A stretch of DNA of 64,000 nt, from positions 167,834,001 to 167,898,000 of the forward strand of contig OZ024743.1 of NCBI GenBank assembly GCA_964016885.1, in the 5' to 3' direction. Position 1 is the first letter of the stretch; every line of letters starts with the position of its first letter. Source of the DNA: Eledone cirrhosa. Its lineage: Eukaryota. A program made the position numbers and the translations under genes. The notes below the pieces were generated by a model. It did no database searches, was not told the origin of the DNA, and worked only from the letters and a program-made list of their open reading frames with translations. Shown in pieces: positions 58,134 to 64,000 of this stretch.

Positions 58134-61100
58134 GTTGGTGAAGCCACGCTTCTTATCGCCTCCAGTCTTTTTCAACGTTTTACCTCTTTTTCAATCGTTC
58201 TAAACCTTTTATTCAAGTTTTAAATTTGATAAAAGTTTAGAAGAAGTGACCCACCTAATACAGGGGTTCACTAGTAAATAATACGACACCCCTTTACGGG
58301 GTGTCGCATTCGTATTTGTATAAAAATATTTTTTTGAAAAATTTTAACATCGATAACACAAAGAGAGAGAGCGCTATCAGACAACACAGAGAGAGGGAGA
58401 CTTTATCAGCATGTCAACAAGACAGCGTTCCAGCGGAGGTAAATATAAACGAAACATTACAAACGAAAAAAAGATTGTTACAGATTTAAAATTACCAAAT
58501 ATTTCTAACACAAACAACACCAACAATAACACCAACAACATCACCAAAAATAACAGCGGTAAAGTCGAGAACGACAATAACAAAAATAACAGCGGTAAGG
58601 TCGAGAACGACAATAACAAAAATAACAGCGGTAAGGTCGAGAACGACAATAACACTGACAATAACAACAGCCACAATAACAGTAACAGCAGCAACAGTAT
58701 CAACGAAAATAATACCAACAACTGTACCAGCGAAAAGAACAACAATGACACCGATACCTGTAATAGGGACCTCAGCACCACCAGTAAGACCAGTAGCGGC
58801 AGCAATAGTGGTGCTGCTGAAAAAGGGAACACTTCTTTTGCAGGTGTCGCCCTAAATATCGAGACAGTGTTAGTCACAGAGGAGAAGATGGCAGTCGCAA
58901 GGGCCATGGTGACAAGAAGCGCAAATAGAGTTTCCCTGAAACCTCCACCCGATTTTTTTAAGGACCAGCAGCTACGGACGGTGACTTACCGCACCGTAAG
59001 CAAAATCTCACATCGAGTGGAGAGAGCCACGGAGGCTCAAATCCAAAAGGCCTTGGGGTGCGTCCGGCACGCAAAACCCACATCACCCGAGAAAGTACGC
59101 CACAGTAGACGTACTTTTCGCCACCCCCCAGGAAGCAAAGTCTCACTCTTTGGAAACCCTAAAGAGTGAGGAGTTAGTCTTGGTGCCCTCCTACTGCAGG
59201 CAGAAAATTGTGAGGCTCAAAGTGACCCAGGTCCCACCCGACGTGCCCATACCTTGGCTGGTCGCGTCTGTCCTTGCTGGAATTGAGAACAGGGCGACCA
59301 TGCTGCAAGTAGAAAAAATAGGGAGAGAGAACTGGTCAGGTATAGGCATGCAAATGCTTATACAAACTGACCAGGAATGTATCGAGGCTATCCCCGGTAT
59401 CATAGACTTTGAGGAAGGACTCCAACTCCCTATAAGTGTAGAAGGAAGACGGCCAAAATGTTATCTCTGTGGGTCGAAAGGTCACCTCAGGGCCTTTTTC
59501 CCGCAGAAGACACCGAAGAGGGCCCCTCTCCTTCCAATACCTGGTCCGCTGCTACCAAGAGCAGGACAGGCAACAAACCAAGAAGCCCCTTCCACGGTGA
59601 GTAGGAGGGCAACGTCCGTAGCACCCGTACCAAGGCCACGGATAACTAAAGCAGCATCATCAGTAGCGGCAACACCAATAGCTACATTTGAAATAGCTAC
59701 ACCAGCAACAAAATTGCCGAAGAGGGTTCCACTACCACCATCAACAGCCGTGGAGCACATACCCCTCCCAGACGCCACAGAATCCGACATGGAGTTTGAG
59801 GCGGGAGTGACGTGGCAAACAGTTTGCCACAAAAAACAAAAAACAAAAAAACCTTTAGATTCACCCTCCAAAAGCGAAGGCATACAAAGAGGGGTAAAAG
59901 GCAGCAAAGAAACTTGCAGCATAAACACCAACAACGCAAACACAACAAGACACACACACCAAACAGCAACAAGAAGAAAACGGCAACAAAATCACCCCTC
60001 CCCCCAAAAAGTACACAGCCATAAACATAGCAAAAAAAGAACTCATAAAATATATAAAGCAGCACACAGACATCACGGAAAAAAAACTACTACACCCCAC
60101 CAACACCAAGAACTCTCCCGACAAACATAAGCATCATCGAAATCTCAATAGAACAATACAAACCTTTAAAACGAAAATTCTCCAACGCAGTTGGAGACTT
60201 CAGAGGGACGGTTACCAAGAGGATATACTCTGACATCCTCTTGGAAACACCCATGACCAGCGAAAGGGACGGTTCTACTGTCCCTTCACCACACGAACAA
60301 GGTAAGTGACCCTTTCTCATTTGCCCCGTTTCTCATCCAACATGGCTGTATTCAGAATAGGCAGCATAAATGCACGTGGCCTGGGGTCATCTTGGAAGCA
60401 GGGTCACCTGCTCAATGACCTCAAGTCACTAAACATAGATGTGGTGGCCATCAGTGAAACCAGAATCTCCGAGGCGCGGGCCTTCGCACCGATCTTCGGC
60501 GGCTACGATGTATACGCATCTTCCAGCGGTCCAGGATAGGGGGGAGGGGTTGCCGTCCTTTTTCGGAGAGGCTTGGATCTCGCGATACGGGCCATCTTCC
60601 TGCACCCAGAAGGTAAGTCGGTGGTGCTGAACGTGACCGGCAGCGAAGGCAATGCTTTCAGGCTAGTAGCCGTCTACGCCCCAACAGGAGCAGGACGGCC
60701 AGATTTCTTCAGACATCTAGAGACCTTTCTTGGAACATCCCGCTCTTTAGTGTTAGTGGGCGACTGGAACGGTATCTTGGATGCACGCTGGGATCGTGTG
60801 GGGCTAGTGGATAGGGGAAGAGGGTGCAAGAGCCTCACCAACCTGCTCAGACGTTTTGAACTGTCTGACAGGTATCGACTGGATCACCCGAATGTGCCAA
60901 TGTGGACATGGACAAACCGCATCGGGTCATCCAGATCGTATCTAGATAGGGCATTCTGCAGGGAACTGGATAAGGCTAGTATAAGTTGTCCACAATTTAA
61001 AATAGTCGACTACACAGACCACAAATTTGTGATCTGTGAGATCGACATAGACAGACTTCATAGACAAGGGCCTGGTTACTGGAAGCTGAACGCGTCTTTC

Positions 61101-64000
61101 CCGGCGCGCAAGGCCTACAGAGACCGGATTAGCGTATTAGTTAAGCGGGCGTTGACGGGTGCGATCGTCAACAGCAGGTGGTGGTTCGCCCTGAAAAGGG
61201 CAATTAAAGTAGAGTCGATTAGGTTTAGCAAAGGAGTAGTGATAGAGGAAAATAGAGTAGAGGGAGAGTTAGTCAGAAAGCTAGAAGAAGCGTTTAGGAT
61301 AGGCATCGCAACCGACGTGCTCGCGGCGAGATTGGCACTCGACCAATTCTACAACGCAAAACACAAAGGCTGCGTTGTCAGAGATAGAGCGTGCGTGCTC
61401 TGAAACACGAGGGGACAAAATCCGTCCAATGGGCCCGGGTGGCAGAGGCGCGACGTGGCAATAAAGCCACAATTCGGTCTTTGTCTGACCAAAACGGGTG
61501 TGTGATGCTCAAACCCGAGCGGATGTATGAAGCTTTTCAGCAGCACTTTGCTGAACTGAACGGGAGCGGTGGCGGCCCGGATCGGAGCATGGACTTCAGT
61601 GCATTCCTCGACGGACTGCCTTGGCTCTCGACGACCGCAGCACAGTGTTGCGAAAAGCCAATAACAGCCGGTGAAATACGGGAGGCGATGGCTAACTGCA
61701 CAAGAGGTAAATCGCCAGGTTTAGATGGTCTGCCCTACGAGCTTTATGCATTTATGCCAGACTTGTTCGATGATATCTTGGCAGACGTCTACTGCAACTG
61801 GCAGCAGAACGGGAGCATTCCCAGTTTTGTGAGCCGGGGAGCAGTGGCGCTGCTGAGAAAAGACCCGAACAAGGGGGATGTTATTGATTACTTCAGGCCC
61901 ATAACCCTGCTAAACGCAGAGTTCAAGATTTTTGCCAAGGTGTTAGCAACGAGGTTGGCGCTTGTCGTCAAGGGTCTGGTGGGAGAGGCGCAGACATGCG
62001 CCATTCCGGACAGATCCATACACGACAACCTCCACCTCATGCGATACATCATAGAGAGGGTGGTTAAGGAACCTGGCAAGGGTGGGGCCCTGATCAATTG
62101 GATCAATCCAAAGCATTCGATAGGGTCGACCATCGGTACCTGGCGGCGGTCCCCGAGGCAGCCGGTTTCGGGCCCGTTTTCAGGCGTTGGATCGCAGCAA
62201 TGTACAGCGACATCTGCTCAGTTGTGAGGGTGAACCGTCACCTGTCGCAGCCGTTCAGCATCATGCGCTCAGTCCGCCAGGGTTGTCCCCTCTCGTCCCT
62301 CTTGTACGTATTGGCTCTCGAGCCGTTACTGCACAAACTGGGGGCGATGAGGGGCGTCCCACGCGAACTAGGATGCTGGATATCCGAGTCGGCTTACGCT
62401 GACGACGTCACCGTGGTGGTGTTGAGCACCAGACACGTCCAGATGCTCGGCACCGCTCTCAAGGAATACGAAGCGGTGACAGGGGCAAAGATAAACCAGG
62501 AAAAGTCGGTGGGCTTTTATTGTTTATATATATTGGTTATATATATATAGCTAGGCACCTGGAGAGGCAAGTCCATGCCGTCCGACAGCGTCGTGGGGCG
62601 TTGGACGGACGGACCGGTTAAATTGCTCGGGGTCTGGTTCGGACCGGACCTCCAGATGGAGAAAAACTGGAACGAGGTGACAAGCAGGGTGGCCTCCCTC
62701 ACCCAGAAATGGGCTGAGAGGAAGCTGTCCCTGAAAGGCCGGGTGGAAGTGGCGAATGCGTACATCGCATCCGTCATCTGCTACCGCCTCACCGTCGTCC
62801 CTTGCTCCAGACCAACTCTCACCAAAATGGAGCGCCTCCTCTTCCGCTTTTTGTGGAAGGGACGCACTCCCATGGTCAGACGATCCATCTGCTGTCAACA
62901 CCCGTTGCGTGGAGGACTGGGCATGCCATGGCTGATGGTGCCCAAACATGCGCTGAGGCTGCGACATCTCTGGTGCTTCCTTGATGGTGAAGGGGTGTGG
63001 TCGCCGTTCGCCAGGCACATTTTCCCACAGCTCGTCTCCTTGACGGAGCTGCAGTCCTGGGTCAGAAAAAGACCGAGAGATAGCGCTTGGAAACTGGAAT
63101 GTCTCCAGGCGCTCACTGCCCTCTCCCAGTTGGGCACCAGTATCGGTGGAACATCCACCTCGGCGTTCTGTAGAGGACTAGTGGAGGGGAAGAGCGACGA
63201 CATTCTCGGAGAGATCCTGGGCGTCGAAGAAGATCAGCTGTTTGCTCTCTTCCGGAGAACTTTCAGCCCGGGGCCTATGGATAACTTCCAAAAATCCCTG
63301 GCCTGGCTGTGCCACCGGGGAGCGCTGCCGGTTCGAGATAAGCTCTACAGGCACGGAAGTGCCGTCAGCCGAGCCTGTCCGAGATGCGCGCATAGCGACG
63401 AAACCGTTGTGCACGCACTCGTTCAGTGCCCGAGCATTGCTGACTTGTGGAGCTATGTCGAACAGTTGCTGTCACGTGTGGGACTGATCCGGTTGTCGAC
63501 TGAGTCCATTGTGCAGATGGTCTCGCCGTCTTCCTTTGAGGAGGAAGGGCAGGCGGTTTTCATCTGCCTGGTGGCCATGGCGAAAGAGATTGTGTGGTGG
63601 ACAAGGTTAAAAGGATTAAAGACAAAGACTTTCCTCTTCGGCGAATCCCTAATTTACTTTTTCACGTTTCACTTGAAGAGGAAAATCAGGGTGGAGAGGC
63701 AAGTGCTGCTTTCTAGCAAGTTTGTTGAAAGGTGGGTGAATGTAGCGAGAATGGTCCGAGTGAACGGGACCACTCTGAATATACGTCTGTAGTTTGAGAG
63801 ATGGAAAAATTGGGAGAGGGCGCTTGCCCTGGTAGTCAGGGTGGCCGTGGTCTTTTGTGTGGTTTTCGCCACAAGTAACCCTCGGAGGTTTCCCCCTATT
63901 GGGGAATTTTTCATTGTTTCAATTTTCATTTTATTGTTTATATATATATATGTTTTATGTCTTTTTTCTTTTCTTATATAAATAATAAAAATATTTACAC
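58134..64000 (+). mobile_element. Tx1/L1-clade LINE copy 4, decayed; 3' UTR runs to the window end
   Basis: ORF1 starts at 58411 and is frameshifted (CYLCGSKGHLRAF). ORF2 spans 60342-63792 with a stop at ~60537, frameshifts and an AT-rich insertion. It starts directly after (ATT)32. Confidence 0.93.

Noticed and set aside
57936-58223. Poly-Asn and poly-Ile ORFs
   Set aside because: They are translations of the (ATT)32 tract.

Overview
Repeat-saturated animal genomic DNA with no recognisable host gene. The SINE sequences and the dense (TA)n/(CA)n/(CATA)n microsatellites suggest a cephalopod such as Octopus (inference). 1-12 kb: a field of short, mostly non-coding Penelope-like (PLE) terminal-repeat derivatives in tandem and inverted arrangements, with several different hammerhead-ribozyme cores, a Neptune-type GIY-YIG remnant and a mariner deletion derivative. 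12.5-16 kb: decayed R4/Dong-type (RT+RLE) LINE in (TACA)n. 17-24.3 kb: a Helitron (decayed RepHel) fused head-to-tail to its own non-autonomous derivative. 24.6-27.9 kb: RTE LINE in (TA)n. 28.8-64 kb: five Tx1/L1-clade LINE copies plus R4/Dong-type copies, one with an intact 1130-aa ORF. Four of the Tx1 copies start immediately after (ATT)n tracts and lie on +, while Dong lies on - in the same tracts. Main unexplained signals: (i) an invariant GGTAAGT splice-donor/U1-complementary motif about 40 nt before the ORF2 ATG in all five divergent Tx1 copies; (ii) ORF1/ORF2 module swapping among those copies next to that motif; (iii) the shared (ATT)n landing-pad array; (iv) hammerhead-bearing ORF-less retrozyme-like units. 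All calls were made by eye with no database searches; some boundaries are approximate.
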